A DNA stretch of 64,000 bases, from assembly GCA_037441675.1 (NCBI GenBank), contig JBBIRS010000001.1:320001-384000 (forward strand), in the 5' to 3' direction. Origin of the DNA: Planctomycetales bacterium (GTDB lineage Bacteria; 4484-113). The notes under the pieces were generated by a model. The model worked only from the letters and a program-made list of their open reading frames with translations. It did not search any database and had not been told where the DNA came from. How positions within the stretch are numbered: the first letter of the stretch is position 1; the number at the start of each line of letters is the position of its first letter. A program made the translations under genes and the position numbers. This document shows positions 1-11,501 of this stretch, one piece after another.

Positions 1-90
1 AACAATTTCTAGTAGTGAGATTCTTTATGGGGTATTTAAGCTGGTGCTGGCAGGCGGTCATTATTTAATCAACTTAAATCTGCGCGCTCT

Positions 91-1161
91 CTATCTTTTG
101 CTTTCTCCTTTCATATAAATGGTTCTTATTGGGAAAGGAATCTCTATACCTTCTTCACTGAACCTTTGGTGGAGCCTTTTTATGAACTCGTGCCTGAGAA
201 TGAACTGCTCGGAGAACTCTTTTGCCCAAAGAATAACAGTGAAGTCAATGCTGGACTCACCAAAGCTATGGAACCGAACCGTCGGCTCAAAACCGTCAGC
301 CCCGGCTTGAACTTGGCTCATCACTTGTTTTGCGGTCTCAAGGGTCACCTGTTCCACCTTCTCTAAGTCACTCCCGTATGAGACGCCCACTTTAATCAGA
401 ACTGACAGTTCAGGTTCAGGTCTGTGAAAGTTGGTGATAATTGAGCTGGCAAGCTTTGAGTTTGGAATTATGACTAAATTGTTAGCAAGCTGTCGGATAG
501 TTGTGTTTCTCCAGGAGATATCAGTAACAAAACCTTCTTCGCCAGAATCAAGCTTAATGTAATCTCCAGGGATAACCTGTTTGTTAAGAATAATCTGTAA
601 GCCCGCGAAGAGATTAGAAAGCGTATCCCGAAGGGCGAGCGCTACCGCTAAACCGCCAACACCCAGTGCAGTCAGGATTGGCGTTATTGAAATTCCAAGG
701 GTCTGCAGAAATACCAGCAATCCGATTGAAAATACCAAGATGTAAGTCAAGTTTGCGAGGATTGACGCAGAGGGTAGGGCGGATTCAAGGTTCTTCGTGT
801 AAATTCGCATAAACTCAACACTCAACCGAGTCAAGCCAAGTGTTGCCGAAAGAATTAACAGAATGAGTATAAATTTATGTAAGTAAGTAGCTAGCTTAGG
901 TTCAAGCGGAAAAATGACGGAGGCAAAGTATACGCCTGCAAGTAAGAACCAGAGAAAAAGTAGCCATTTAGAGGAGCGGAAAATCGCCTCGCCCCATTTC
1001 CAACCAAATTTCCTAGCAATTCTTCTAAGCCACTTCGAGAAAATTATCTCAAAAATTACTCCAGCCAAAACGCTAAAGAAGATTACCGAAACTGCGACCA
1101 TCCAGATTTCAATGGTTAAAGCGCCAATGCGAATCATTACTTCCTGAGCGTATTTTATCAT
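91..1161 (-). CDS. mscS: Small-conductance mechanosensitive channel (MscS family)
   Basis: Several TM helices, TM3 'LGVGGLAVALALRDTLSNLFAG', 'GDYI...EGFVTDISWRNT', C-terminal 'GIEIPFP'. Start placed at the ATG at 1161 (ORF track begins at 1182). Confidence 0.92.
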   Translation of the reverse strand: MIKYAQEVMIRIGALTIEIWMVAVSVIFFSVLAGVIFEIIFSKWLRRIARKFGWKWGEAIFRSSKWLLFLWFLLAGVYFASVIFPLEPKLATYLHKFILILLILSATLGLTRLSVEFMRIYTKNLESALPSASILANLTYILVFSIGLLVFLQTLGISITPILTALGVGGLAVALALRDTLSNLFAGLQIILNKQVIPGDYIKLDSGEEGFVTDISWRNTTIRQLANNLVIIPNSKLASSIITNFHRPEPELSVLIKVGVSYGSDLEKVEQVTLETAKQVMSQVQAGADGFEPTVRFHSFGESSIDFTVILWAKEFSEQFILRHEFIKRLHQRFSEEGIEIPFPIRTIYMKGESKR

Positions 1162-1236
1162 TGAGAGGCTAGTGAACTGCAAATTCCCGCCAGGTCCCGA
1201 TTAAGCGAGCAGAAGTGGCAAGGTGTATGAGTGGCT

Positions 1237-3444
1237 TCACAGCTTGCCAAGTAAATCCTCAAAGGCTTTAACATCCGTTACTGGCTTTTCGCATGCGTAA
1301 TTTTTGCACACATAAGCGGTTGGTTTTCCATCTATTGTTCCTAGCGCTTCGGTAAAGGGCGCGACATATGAGAGTCGCTCACCCTTCTCCTTAGAGTTTT
1401 CCTTAACTATTACAACTTTGTTTGGAATGTAGTGTTTGCGCAAGGTGCTGAGTAGCTTTTCAGTATTCTCGTGCCCATCATCGATGACAATCACAATCTC
1501 ATAGCTATCGCTAATTGCAGATTCCACCGCGGAAAGCATATAAATAAATCCACTAGGCGCCTTAGAAACCATTGCGGAGAAGGCCTTTGAAATTTTGCTT
1601 GCCATTTTTTCCTAATCAGAATTTCCGGTAATTCTTCCGATCCTTAAAAGGTTCATCATCGCAACCGAGTTGCCAGACGGTATTGCGCCATCATAGGCTA
1701 CCTTCCTTCTTGATAAAACGGTCTCTGCATCCTCCGCAGTTAGAAAAAATCCTCCCTTCTCCTCATCCCAGAATTGTTCTATCATGCGCTTATTTACATC
1801 AATTGCGCTCTCAAGGGAAGAAACCTCAAAGGTAGCCTCGTAAAGCTCTAGCAACCCCCACACAAGAAATGCGTAGTCATCAAGCATGCCGGGTATTTCC
1901 GCTCTGCCGTCTCTAAATCGGTGGAGCAACGCTTTCTCTTTCGTTCGCATATTAGTAAGAATAAAATTTGCCGAATTTCTTGCGGAATTTATGTAATCCT
2001 GGTTTGCAAAGGCTCAACCAGCTCTTGCCAATCCCGCAATCATCAAGCCATTCCAATCTGTGAGGATTTTATCGTCCTTGAATGGTCTTATGCGTTTATT
2101 CCTAATTGCAAAAAGTTTCTTCTTCATCTCGCTGATCTGTATCTTTAGCTCTTGCTCCTTCAACCCTAGCTCTAGCGCCAAATCCGCTAAGGGCTTTTTC
2201 ATAAAAAGCACGTTAGAGCCTGTTCTTCTTTGTGTTGCCTCTTCAAGGTAATTCCCATCTGGTTCAAGATTGAATATACTGGCAAATAGTGCTCCATCCT
2301 CTTCGCCTAAAGTTTCTTTTACTTCATTAAATCGCCAGAGGTAGAACTTGCCCTCTTCACCCTCAGAATCCGCGTCCTCTGCCGAATAGAACCCTCCTTC
2401 GGGAGAGGTCATCTCCCTTAGAACATAGTCCGCGGTTTCAGTTGCAATCTCCGCGAATTTCTGCTCCTTTGTGGCTTCAAAGGCTTCGGTGTATGCAAGG
2501 ATGTGCATCGCCTGGTCATAAAGCATCTTCTCAAAGTGTGGAAGCCTCCAACTAGAATCTGTTGAATACCGATGAAATCCTCCAAGAAGATGGTCGTAAA
2601 TTCCGCCAAGCCTCATCGCGTCTAAGGTTTCAATCGCCATTGATTTCGCCTTCTCCTCGCCCGTTCGCTTCCAGTATCTTAATAGGAAGATGAGCGTATG
2701 CGGGCTTGGGAATTTGGGAGCGTTTCCGAAACCCTTATGCAATTTATCAAAACTTCCCTGAAGCTGATCGTAGGCGAGTTGAATGGTTTCACTGCCCAGC
2801 TCAAAGGCGAACGGCGGACTTTCATCCCGAGAGAGCAACTCCGTTATCTGGCTAGCAGACCTTTCCACATCCGCTCTTCTGGTGCGCCAAATTTCTTGAA
2901 CCTGCGGAATAAGTTCTAACATCCCAATTCGTCCAAATCGGCTCTCCTTCGGGAAGTAAGTTCCCGCGAAGAATGGCTTCTTATCAGGCGTGAGTATGAT
3001 AGTCAAAGGCCAACCTCCACTTCCTGTGAGCATCAGGCAAACGGTCATATAAACATCATCAATATCAGGCCTTTCTTCGCGGTCAACCTTAATGTTGATA
3101 AAGGCTTCATTCATCAATTTTGCAACTTCCGCATCCTCAAAACTTTCCTTTTCCATTACATGACAACAGTGGCAGGTGGAGTATCCAATTGAGAGAAAAA
3201 TTGGCTTGTCCCCTGCCTTGGCTTTTTCAAACGCCTCTTCTCCCCATGGATACCAATTCACCGGATTGTCCGCGTGCTGAAGTAAATAGGGGCTCTTTTC
3301 ATTTGCAAGTTTGTTGCGCCCCATTTTGCCCATTTCATGTTTTCTTGAAAGAGCCATTACAATGGCTATTATTACCCCTAGATGAAATATTGTGATACAA
3401 CATATCAAAAAGAGCGGTATCCGGAACTTAGAAATGCTCTGCAC
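1237..3444 (-). pseudogene. YyaL/SSP411-family thioredoxin-domain protein (DUF255 plus alpha/alpha-toroid), interrupted by two in-frame stops
   Basis: Motifs '[25 protein letters not shown]', 'KVDREERPD', '[11 protein letters not shown]', '[13 protein letters not shown]', 'LDDYAF', 'DGAIPSGNS', 'AYVCKNYAC' run across three ORFs in one frame, separated by TGA (2014-2016) and TAG (1612-1614). Confidence 0.85.
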
Positions 3445-3860
3445 AAGTAAGTCAACCTTATGACTTTACAGCTTAGTATACCTTGGTGGGGGTAATATTA
3501 ATTGAAACGAGGTTTCAAATAGAAAAAATTCATCTTCTTAATACACACAATTCACTCTACTTTTTACTAGATAGGATAAGTCTTTGCCTGCACTTCCCGA
3601 AACAAGGCTAAAGCACGAGAACGCCTACTTTTATGATTGTAAAGTCTGTAAAGCCAATTTCTATCCACTTCTCCGCAAAAGGATCATCCTTCTTAGAGAA
3701 CGCTCAAATGAATGTGGCACATAAACCGAGATTGTCCTTTTATCACTTGCAATGCGGAAGTAACGGTATTACGGTAGTGAAGGAGTTTTGTTCTATACGG
3801 CTCTATTCGAAAATCAAAGGATTTCGCGTAAATTATCTTAATAGAGATAGCGAAGAAAGG

Positions 3861-5162
3861 TTATTTATCATTAATTTTCGTACTTCTATCAACGAGGGAA
3901 ACCTCAGCGCCCAGAGCTAAAAGTTTTTCCAAAAAGTTCTCGTATCCTCTTTCTAAGTGTTCAAAGCCATTGACGATTGATTTGCCCTTTGCCATAAGTG
4001 CGGCGATGACGAGTGCTGCGCAGCCCCTAATGTCAGTGCCCTGAACGGGAGCTCCAGTAAGCTTATCCGTGGAGCCATGAATTGTCGCCTTACTTCCTCC
4101 TAATTCTATCTTAGCGCCCATTCGTTGAAGTTCCGGAACATAAGAGAATCTCTGCGGGAATATCTCATCTGTAACGCTTGAAACGCCACTTGCTTTAGTT
4201 AATAGCGCCACCGTTTGGGGTTGTAGGTCAGTGGGGAAGCCAGGGTAAGGATGGGTATGGATAATCATTGGTGAGAAGGTCTCAGGTCCCTTTACCCAAA
4301 TCTCTCTCTCGCCTATCTCAATAGGAATACCACTATCAGAAAGTTTATCCAAAAAGGTCGTAAGATGGTGGGGGTTGCAATTAATAACCTTGCCCTCTCC
4401 AGCTGTGCTAGCGATAGCGAGGATATAAGTTCCTGCTTCAATTCTATCTGGAATTATCCTGTAGGGAGATTTCTGCGAAAGCTCTTTCACGCCTCTAATA
4501 ACTAGCCTTCTTGAGCCAGCCTTCTCAATATCCGCTCCCATTGAGATAAGAAAATTTACGAGGTCTTCAACCTCCGGCTCTTCCGCGCAATTTTCCAAAA
4601 CGGTAGTTCCCTCTGCAAACACTGCGGACATCAGGACGTTTTCAGTTGCACCCACGGATGGGATGTTGAAAGCCACTGTTGCTCCGACAAGTTTCTTCGC
4701 GCTGGCATGAACTATACCTTTATCAAGATCAACATTTGCGCCGAGCTGTTTCATCGCTTCCGTATGTTCTGAGACAGGTCTAGGACCGATGTTGCATCCC
4801 CCGGGCAGTGGAACGCTAGCCTTCTTGAACCGCGCAAGTAAAGGACCTAGCACAAGGAAACTGGCGCGCATTCTTCTCACAAATTCGTAGGATGCGGAAT
4901 AACTATTAACCTTAGTTGGGTCAATTGTTACTGTGCCGTTGTTAAACTCGCATCTTGCTCCCAATGCAGTTAAAACCTCAATTATCCAATAAACATCCTT
5001 TAGTAGTGGGATGTTTTCCAAAACGACTGTATTTGAAGACAGAAGACTTCCACAAATTATAGGAAGCGCGGAGTTCTTAGCTCCAGAAATAGCGACAGTT
5101 CCCTTAAGAGGTTTTCCACCTTCTACCAGAATTGCACTTCCTGAATTTACGCTTTTTACCAA
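3861..5162 (-). CDS. murA: UDP-N-acetylglucosamine 1-carboxyvinyltransferase
   Basis: 'ISGAKNSALP', 'RRMRAS', catalytic-Cys loop 'LPGGCNIGPRP', 'PYPGFPTDLQ'. TTG start with GGAGG just after the atpC stop. Confidence 0.97.
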   Translation of the reverse strand: MVKSVNSGSAILVEGGKPLKGTVAISGAKNSALPIICGSLLSSNTVVLENIPLLKDVYWIIEVLTALGARCEFNNGTVTIDPTKVNSYSASYEFVRRMRASFLVLGPLLARFKKASVPLPGGCNIGPRPVSEHTEAMKQLGANVDLDKGIVHASAKKLVGATVAFNIPSVGATENVLMSAVFAEGTTVLENCAEEPEVEDLVNFLISMGADIEKAGSRRLVIRGVKELSQKSPYRIIPDRIEAGTYILAIASTAGEGKVINCNPHHLTTFLDKLSDSGIPIEIGEREIWVKGPETFSPMIIHTHPYPGFPTDLQPQTVALLTKASGVSSVTDEIFPQRFSYVPELQRMGAKIELGGSKATIHGSTDKLTGAPVQGTDIRGCAALVIAALMAKGKSIVNGFEHLERGYENFLEKLLALGAEVSLVDRSTKINDK

Positions 5163-5171
5163 AGCCTCCGC

Positions 5172-5615
5172 CTACTCAATAAGTTTAGACCTTTCCCCTC
5201 TTTGGGCAACTCGCAAGCGATTGAGTGCCTTTCTTAGGGCTACTTCAGCCCTTTCAGTTTCAACCTGCGAAAACTTCTTCGAGAGTCTTTCCCTTGCTTC
5301 TTCTAAATCCCTTGTTGCCCTTGCTACGTCAATATCTTCCTTAAACTCAGCAGCATCGCAGAGAATTAGAACTTCATTCCTAGTTACCTCCATAAATCCA
5401 CCAGCCACCGCCAATGAGACAATGTGATCATCCGGTGTGCGAAGGAGGATTTCGCCGACATCCAGTGCCGCAACCATAGGAGCGTGATTCTTCAGAACGC
5501 CAAGATACCCATCAACAGCTGGGCAAACAAGTGAAACCGCTGTGTGTCTGAATAGCTCTCCATCAGGGGAGATTATTCTCACAAGAAAGCCCGTCTCGTT
5601 TTGCACCTTAGACAT
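5172..5615 (-). CDS. atpC: F-type ATP synthase epsilon subunit
   Basis: 'GYLGVLKNHAP', 'GGFMEV', C-terminal helical hairpin; last gene of the atp operon. Confidence 0.96.
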   Translation of the reverse strand: MSKVQNETGFLVRIISPDGELFRHTAVSLVCPAVDGYLGVLKNHAPMVAALDVGEILLRTPDDHIVSLAVAGGFMEVTRNEVLILCDAAEFKEDIDVARATRDLEEARERLSKKFSQVETERAEVALRKALNRLRVAQRGERSKLIE

Positions 5616-5620
5616 TTTCC

Positions 5621-7099
<1,479 letters not shown>

Positions 7100-7107
7100 T
7101 TATCCTG

Positions 7108-8019
7108 TTATCCTTTCAGTGCCTCCGCACCACCCACAATATCAAGAAGCTCCAGAGTTATACTCTGCTGCCGAGCCTTGTTGCGTTGCAGGGTCAACGT
7201 CTTTATCAGCTCGCCCGCATTGTTCGTGGCATTTTCCATAGCCACCATCCTCGCCGCGTTCTCGCTGGCGAAGTTTTCGCGCATCGCTTGAAATAGAGTG
7301 TGCCTTACAAATCTTGGTAGAAGTATCTGCAAAACCCGCTCCGGCGATGGCTCAAAGATGATTTCCGTTTCCATCATATCTTCTTGTCGCTTTTCGTATG
7401 TGGAAACCTCGCCGTTTCCGCCGAGAATCACGCTTCTCTCCACAGGTAGTAGCTTAATGAGTGTTGGGACCTGACGTAAAGTGTGAACAAAATGGGAGTA
7501 CAGGACGAAAACCTCAGCGAACTCTTGCTTCAAGAATGAATTCTCAATCATTTCAAAGAGGGGGTAAAGTTGGATAAATCTCGTTCCGAAGTCATATGCC
7601 GGTTGTGAGTTGAATATATGCCAATTTCTGCGGGAAAAGTACCTCGTGCCATAGCGTCCAATTGTTATCAACGAAATTGATAGGTGAGGATTACTCTTTT
7701 TGAAGTTTTCAGCTGCGCGGACGATATTTGCGTTAAATGACCCACATAGACCTTTATCCGAAGTAAATACGACGAGGAGGATGCGATTTACTTCAGGTGG
7801 CGCTTGTCTTTCTAGGAACGGATGCGCCGCATGGGGAACAGCTATCGCCAGGTGCTCTGCCAAGCGAATAAGCGCATCGGAGTAGGGCTGCGCAGAGCGA
7901 GTCTTATTCTGGCTTCTCTGCAGTTTTGCGCTAGCCACCATTTTCATCGCACGCGTTATCTGTTGTGTGCTTTGCACACTTTTTATCTTCCTTCTAATTT
8001 CTCTTAAGCCTTTTGGCAT
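7108..8019 (-). CDS. atpG: F-type ATP synthase gamma subunit
   Basis: 'QITRAMKMVA', 'SDKGLCGSFN', 'ARMVAMENAT', 'RQQSITLEL'. Likely start MPKGLREIRR at 8019. Confidence 0.97.
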   Translation of the reverse strand: MPKGLREIRRKIKSVQSTQQITRAMKMVASAKLQRSQNKTRSAQPYSDALIRLAEHLAIAVPHAAHPFLERQAPPEVNRILLVVFTSDKGLCGSFNANIVRAAENFKKSNPHLSISLITIGRYGTRYFSRRNWHIFNSQPAYDFGTRFIQLYPLFEMIENSFLKQEFAEVFVLYSHFVHTLRQVPTLIKLLPVERSVILGGNGEVSTYEKRQEDMMETEIIFEPSPERVLQILLPRFVRHTLFQAMRENFASENAARMVAMENATNNAGELIKTLTLQRNKARQQSITLELLDIVGGAEALKG

Positions 8020-8035
8020 ATCTTCTTTGGTCAGA

Positions 8036-8461
8036 TTATTCAGTACTTTTCTTCTTTTGTCTCTCAAGAGCTCGAGTGCGCATCTCGCTAATTTCCCTTT
8101 CTCGCTCGCGAACAGCCGTAAATCCTATCACTGCTTCCGGCTCTTCCGGCATAAACTCTGCAACATCAGGAAATGCCACTATTGTGACAATGAAAGACCA
8201 AAGCAAGAGAACCGCCGCGCGGTGACACTCCTCCTTTCGTTTCTCAGGTGGAATGTAATTCCCCTCAGGATCATAAGCTGGAATAATGCAAAAGTTTGGA
8301 TTCTCAATCCACACCCCAACGCTGTCATAACCTAATAGCTTGGCATAAAATTTTGGCGCGGAGATACCCTGTAAATTTAGTGTTGAAAAAGCCTGATTGC
8401 TCAAGGTTATTTGCACCCTGCTTCCCAAAAAGCTATCTATGTTTAAGTTTTCTTCTGGCAT
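8036..8461 (-). CDS. Hypothetical protein (possible Sm/Hfq-like fold) inserted in the atp operon
   Basis: 141-aa ORF with GGAG upstream, filling the atpA-atpG gap on the same strand; no ATPase-subunit motifs. Confidence 0.8.
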   Translation of the reverse strand: MPEENLNIDSFLGSRVQITLSNQAFSTLNLQGISAPKFYAKLLGYDSVGVWIENPNFCIIPAYDPEGNYIPPEKRKEECHRAAVLLLWSFIVTIVAFPDVAEFMPEEPEAVIGFTAVREREREISEMRTRALERQKKKSTE

Positions 8462-8499
8462 GATTCACTCCAAAATTGAATTAACTCTCTATTTAGCTA

Positions 8500-10095
8500 T
8501 CATCCTGCTACTGGGCTTGGTTCTCTCTTTTCCCCTAAAGGTACTCGGGCTCTTCTTTCTTCCTCAGGAAGTGAGATGAAGTACTCTTTGAATTCTCTAA
8601 CTGCTTTCTCCATCTCTAATAAAAGTTCATCTGAAAGATCGCCCGTCCTTTTTATCTCCATTAATATTTGCGGATACTTCTCCTTGACATAAGAAATCAA
8701 TTTCTTTTCAAACATTTGCACCTCTTCAACCGGAAGTGAATCCAAGAAGCCCTTCGTTCCAGCAAGAATAGATATCACCTGTTCCTCCACGGGCACAGGC
8801 GTGAACTGCACCTGTTTTAAGAGCTCAACCATTCTTTCTCCTCTAGTGAGAAGAGCCTGGGTAGCCTTATCGAGCTCGCTTCCAAACTGAGTGAAAGCCG
8901 CAAGTTCCCGATACTGCGCTAAATCCAGGCGAAGCATTCCAGCAACTTTCTTCATAGCTTTAGTCTGTGCGTTTCCGCCAACGCGGGAGACCGATAATCC
9001 CACGTTTATCGCCGGTCTAATTCCCTGGTAAAAGAGATCAGGCTCCATATATATTTGCCCATCGGTGATTGAAATAACGTTGGTTGGGATGTAGGCAGAG
9101 ATATCGCCAGCTTGAGTTTCAATAACGGGAAGTGCGGTGATTGAACCACCACCCTTCTCATCGGAGAGTTTTATCGCTCTCTCCAGTAGGCGCGAGTGAA
9201 GATAAAAGACGTCGCCGGGGAAAGCCTCACGCCCCGGCGGTCGCCTCAAAAGCAGCGAGAGCGTCCTATACGCTTGCGCGTGCTTAGTTAAGTCGTCGTA
9301 GCAGACTAAAGTATGTTTCCCCTGATAAAGGTTGTGTTCCGCAATAGCGCAACCCGCGTATGGCGCGATATAAAGATAAGGCGCAGGGTCAGATGCGCTT
9401 GCTACTACCATGGTAGTGTATTCCATAGCTCCATACTTCTGAAAGATGTCATATATGCGCGCAACCGTTGATTCCTTCTGCCCTATGGCGACGTAAATGC
9501 ACCATACCGGCTTGTCCGTATTGTGAGTCTCCCTCTGGTTAATGATGGTATCAACAAGGATTGCTGTCTTTCCTGTGGCGCGATCTCCGATGATAAGCTC
9601 TCTCTGGCCCCTGCCTATCGGTATCATTGAATCAATTGCTTTGATACCTGTTTGAAGAGGTTCTTTAACAGGCTGACGAAATACCACACCGTCCGCCTTT
9701 TTCTCCAAGGGCCTAGTTTCCTTTGTTACAATTGGACCTTTCCCGTCCAGCGGGCGACCTATTGGGTCAACAACTCTGCCCACAAGAGCTTCACCCACTG
9801 GGATTTCTAGGACTCTACCGGTTCTTTTTACATAATCCCCTTCCTTCACCAACCTATCATCGCCGAGCAAAACCACGCCAACACTTTCTTCCTCCAGATT
9901 CAGCGCCATACCCATAACATCGTTCGGAAATTCCAGCATCTCGTTATAAATGCAGTTTTCCAGCCCGAACACACGAGCTATTCCATCGCCAACTTGAAGG
10001 ACAATACCGCGATCTTCAAGCTTAAGCTCCGCCTCATAAGCTTCTATTTCGGAGCGGATCACGTTTGTAACTTCTTCAGCTCTTAGTTGTTCCAT
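8500..10095 (-). CDS. atpA: F-type ATP synthase alpha subunit
   Basis: '[17 protein letters not shown]', '[23 protein letters not shown]', '[13 protein letters not shown]'. Confidence 0.99.
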   Translation of the reverse strand: MEQLRAEEVTNVIRSEIEAYEAELKLEDRGIVLQVGDGIARVFGLENCIYNEMLEFPNDVMGMALNLEEESVGVVLLGDDRLVKEGDYVKRTGRVLEIPVGEALVGRVVDPIGRPLDGKGPIVTKETRPLEKKADGVVFRQPVKEPLQTGIKAIDSMIPIGRGQRELIIGDRATGKTAILVDTIINQRETHNTDKPVWCIYVAIGQKESTVARIYDIFQKYGAMEYTTMVVASASDPAPYLYIAPYAGCAIAEHNLYQGKHTLVCYDDLTKHAQAYRTLSLLLRRPPGREAFPGDVFYLHSRLLERAIKLSDEKGGGSITALPVIETQAGDISAYIPTNVISITDGQIYMEPDLFYQGIRPAINVGLSVSRVGGNAQTKAMKKVAGMLRLDLAQYRELAAFTQFGSELDKATQALLTRGERMVELLKQVQFTPVPVEEQVISILAGTKGFLDSLPVEEVQMFEKKLISYVKEKYPQILMEIKRTGDLSDELLLEMEKAVREFKEYFISLPEEERRARVPLGEKREPSPVAG

Positions 10096-10138
10096 AATTT
10101 CACCTCAAATGCGCTAATACATATTAAGTTCTTAATAC

Positions 10139-10705
10139 TTACGTTCTTAAGACTAACGAAAACTTTATCAATCTCTTCCGAACCTCCCGAAGCCTAGACC
10201 CAATAGACATATCCATAACCCTATCTCTGCCCAGTTCTATAATGATTCCCCCAATGATTTCAGGCTTGACTTTCTTTACCAATCTTAGCTTTCCAAAAGT
10301 GGAATACTTGCGCAATTTCTCTAGGATTTCCTCGTAATCCTCATCAGCAAGCGCAACAGCGGTCACAATCCCTACCTCTTCAATGCCTCGCATTTGGTCG
10401 GATAAGTAATCAAAGTAGCTACAGATAGCTGGAAAGTGCCTTATCCTCCTCTTCCGAAGGAGAAGCTTAATCGTGCTAGTGACAAGGGGATTAACCTTGC
10501 CACCAAAGGTGCGGTCAATAAAGCTAAATTTCTCCTTCATCGTAATCTGGGGTTGTTCAAGGAAGGTGAGAAGCTTGGGATCGCTAAAGGCGACTTGCAA
10601 TGTTTCCAACTGGGCGTCAATTTCATCGACGAGATTCTTGGCGCGGGCGGATTCAAACAACGCAACCGCATATCTCTTCGCCGCTTTTGTTTCATATAGC
10701 GCCAT
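10139..10705 (-). CDS. atpH: F-type ATP synthase delta subunit
   Basis: 'AKRYAVALF', 'PEIIGGIII', 'DMSIGSRL'; lies between atpF and atpA. Confidence 0.94.
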   Translation of the reverse strand: MALYETKAAKRYAVALFESARAKNLVDEIDAQLETLQVAFSDPKLLTFLEQPQITMKEKFSFIDRTFGGKVNPLVTSTIKLLLRKRRIRHFPAICSYFDYLSDQMRGIEEVGIVTAVALADEDYEEILEKLRKYSTFGKLRLVKKVKPEIIGGIIIELGRDRVMDMSIGSRLREVRKRLIKFSLVLRT

Positions 10706-10707
10706 AA

Positions 10708-11196
10708 TTACAAGCCTTCAGTCAACGTCTTCACGAGTTTTCTATGCTCTTCCCTATCAAGCTTTGCCCGAAGTAGCTTTTCCGCAAGGTCAATGGAAAG
10801 GTCAGCGACATAGTTATTAAGCTCTGCTATAAGCTTTTCCCTCTCACGCTCAATTTCTGCGTGAGCGCGTGAAATGATTCTCTCCCTCTGAGCTTCCGCC
10901 TCGGCGCGAATCTCTTCCGCGAGTTTTCTCGCCTCCCTTGCCGCCTCTTCCAGCTGTTTGCGTCGCTCCTCATCAATCTGTGAAAGCTTCCCTTGAAGTT
11001 CCCGAGTTAGCTTCTCAACATTTTTCTTCTCATCCTCAACTTCTTTGTAGGCATACTCAATTGATTGTTGCCTCTGCTCAATTATTCCTAAAATAGAGCC
11101 CCAAAGGTACTTCTTCAGAATGAAGAAAAGCAGGACAAAAGCTATTAGATGACCGAAGAGGTCTGGAAGTTTGAGTATTGTAAATAACCCTTCCAC
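10708..11196 (-). CDS. atpF: F-type ATP synthase subunit b
   Basis: N-terminal TM helix followed by a long charged coiled coil; operon position. Confidence 0.93.
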   Translation of the reverse strand: MEGLFTILKLPDLFGHLIAFVLLFFILKKYLWGSILGIIEQRQQSIEYAYKEVEDEKKNVEKLTRELQGKLSQIDEERRKQLEEAAREARKLAEEIRAEAEAQRERIISRAHAEIEREREKLIAELNNYVADLSIDLAEKLLRAKLDREEHRKLVKTLTEGL

Positions 11197-11230
11197 TCTT
11201 TATACTCCTTTACCTTGAACCAATAATCGG

Positions 11231-11461
11231 CTAAATCTTGAAGAAGAGCAGGATGGACATAACAAAGGCGTAGATAGTTAGAGCTTCAATAAAAGCGGAG
11301 CCGATAATCATCCCAAGCTGAATTCTTCCTGCCGCCTCTGGCTGGCGAGCCATAGCGTTCATTGCTCCTTCAACCGCTTTTCCAATGCCAAGTCCGCAGC
11401 CTAATGCGGCAAGCCCAAGTCCTACCGGTACTGCAAATCCTAAAGCAAACCCTGGTTCCAT
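11231..11461 (-). CDS. atpE: F-type ATP synthase subunit c (probably H+-coupled)
   Basis: Gly-rich helix, 'ARQPE' loop, 'FIEALTIY'; lacks the Gln and ES/T ligands of Na+ c-rings. Confidence 0.97.
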   Translation of the reverse strand: MEPGFALGFAVPVGLGLAALGCGLGIGKAVEGAMNAMARQPEAAGRIQLGMIIGSAFIEALTIYAFVMSILLFFKI

Positions 11462-11501
11462 AATATCCTCCTAATTAAAAATTTTTTAGCCTTTCCAAAC
11501 A

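Noticed and set aside
1612..2016. Genome-wide stop-codon reassignment, or Sec/Pyl insertion, to explain the YyaL stops
   Set aside because: TGA and TAG end many genes here at their expected C-termini (leuS TGA, atpC TAG), and the two stops are not at catalytic Cys-type positions.
3633..3920. 95-aa plus-strand ORF
   Set aside because: No recognisable motif, overlaps the murA 3' end antisense; probably intergenic.
8020..8067. N-terminal extension of AtpG in the ORF track
   Set aside because: Overlaps the upstream gene; family homology starts at MPKGLREIRR (8019).
11231..11461. Na+-translocating ATP synthase
   Set aside because: Subunit c has 'GIGK' and 'EAL' rather than the Gln and ES/T sodium ligands.
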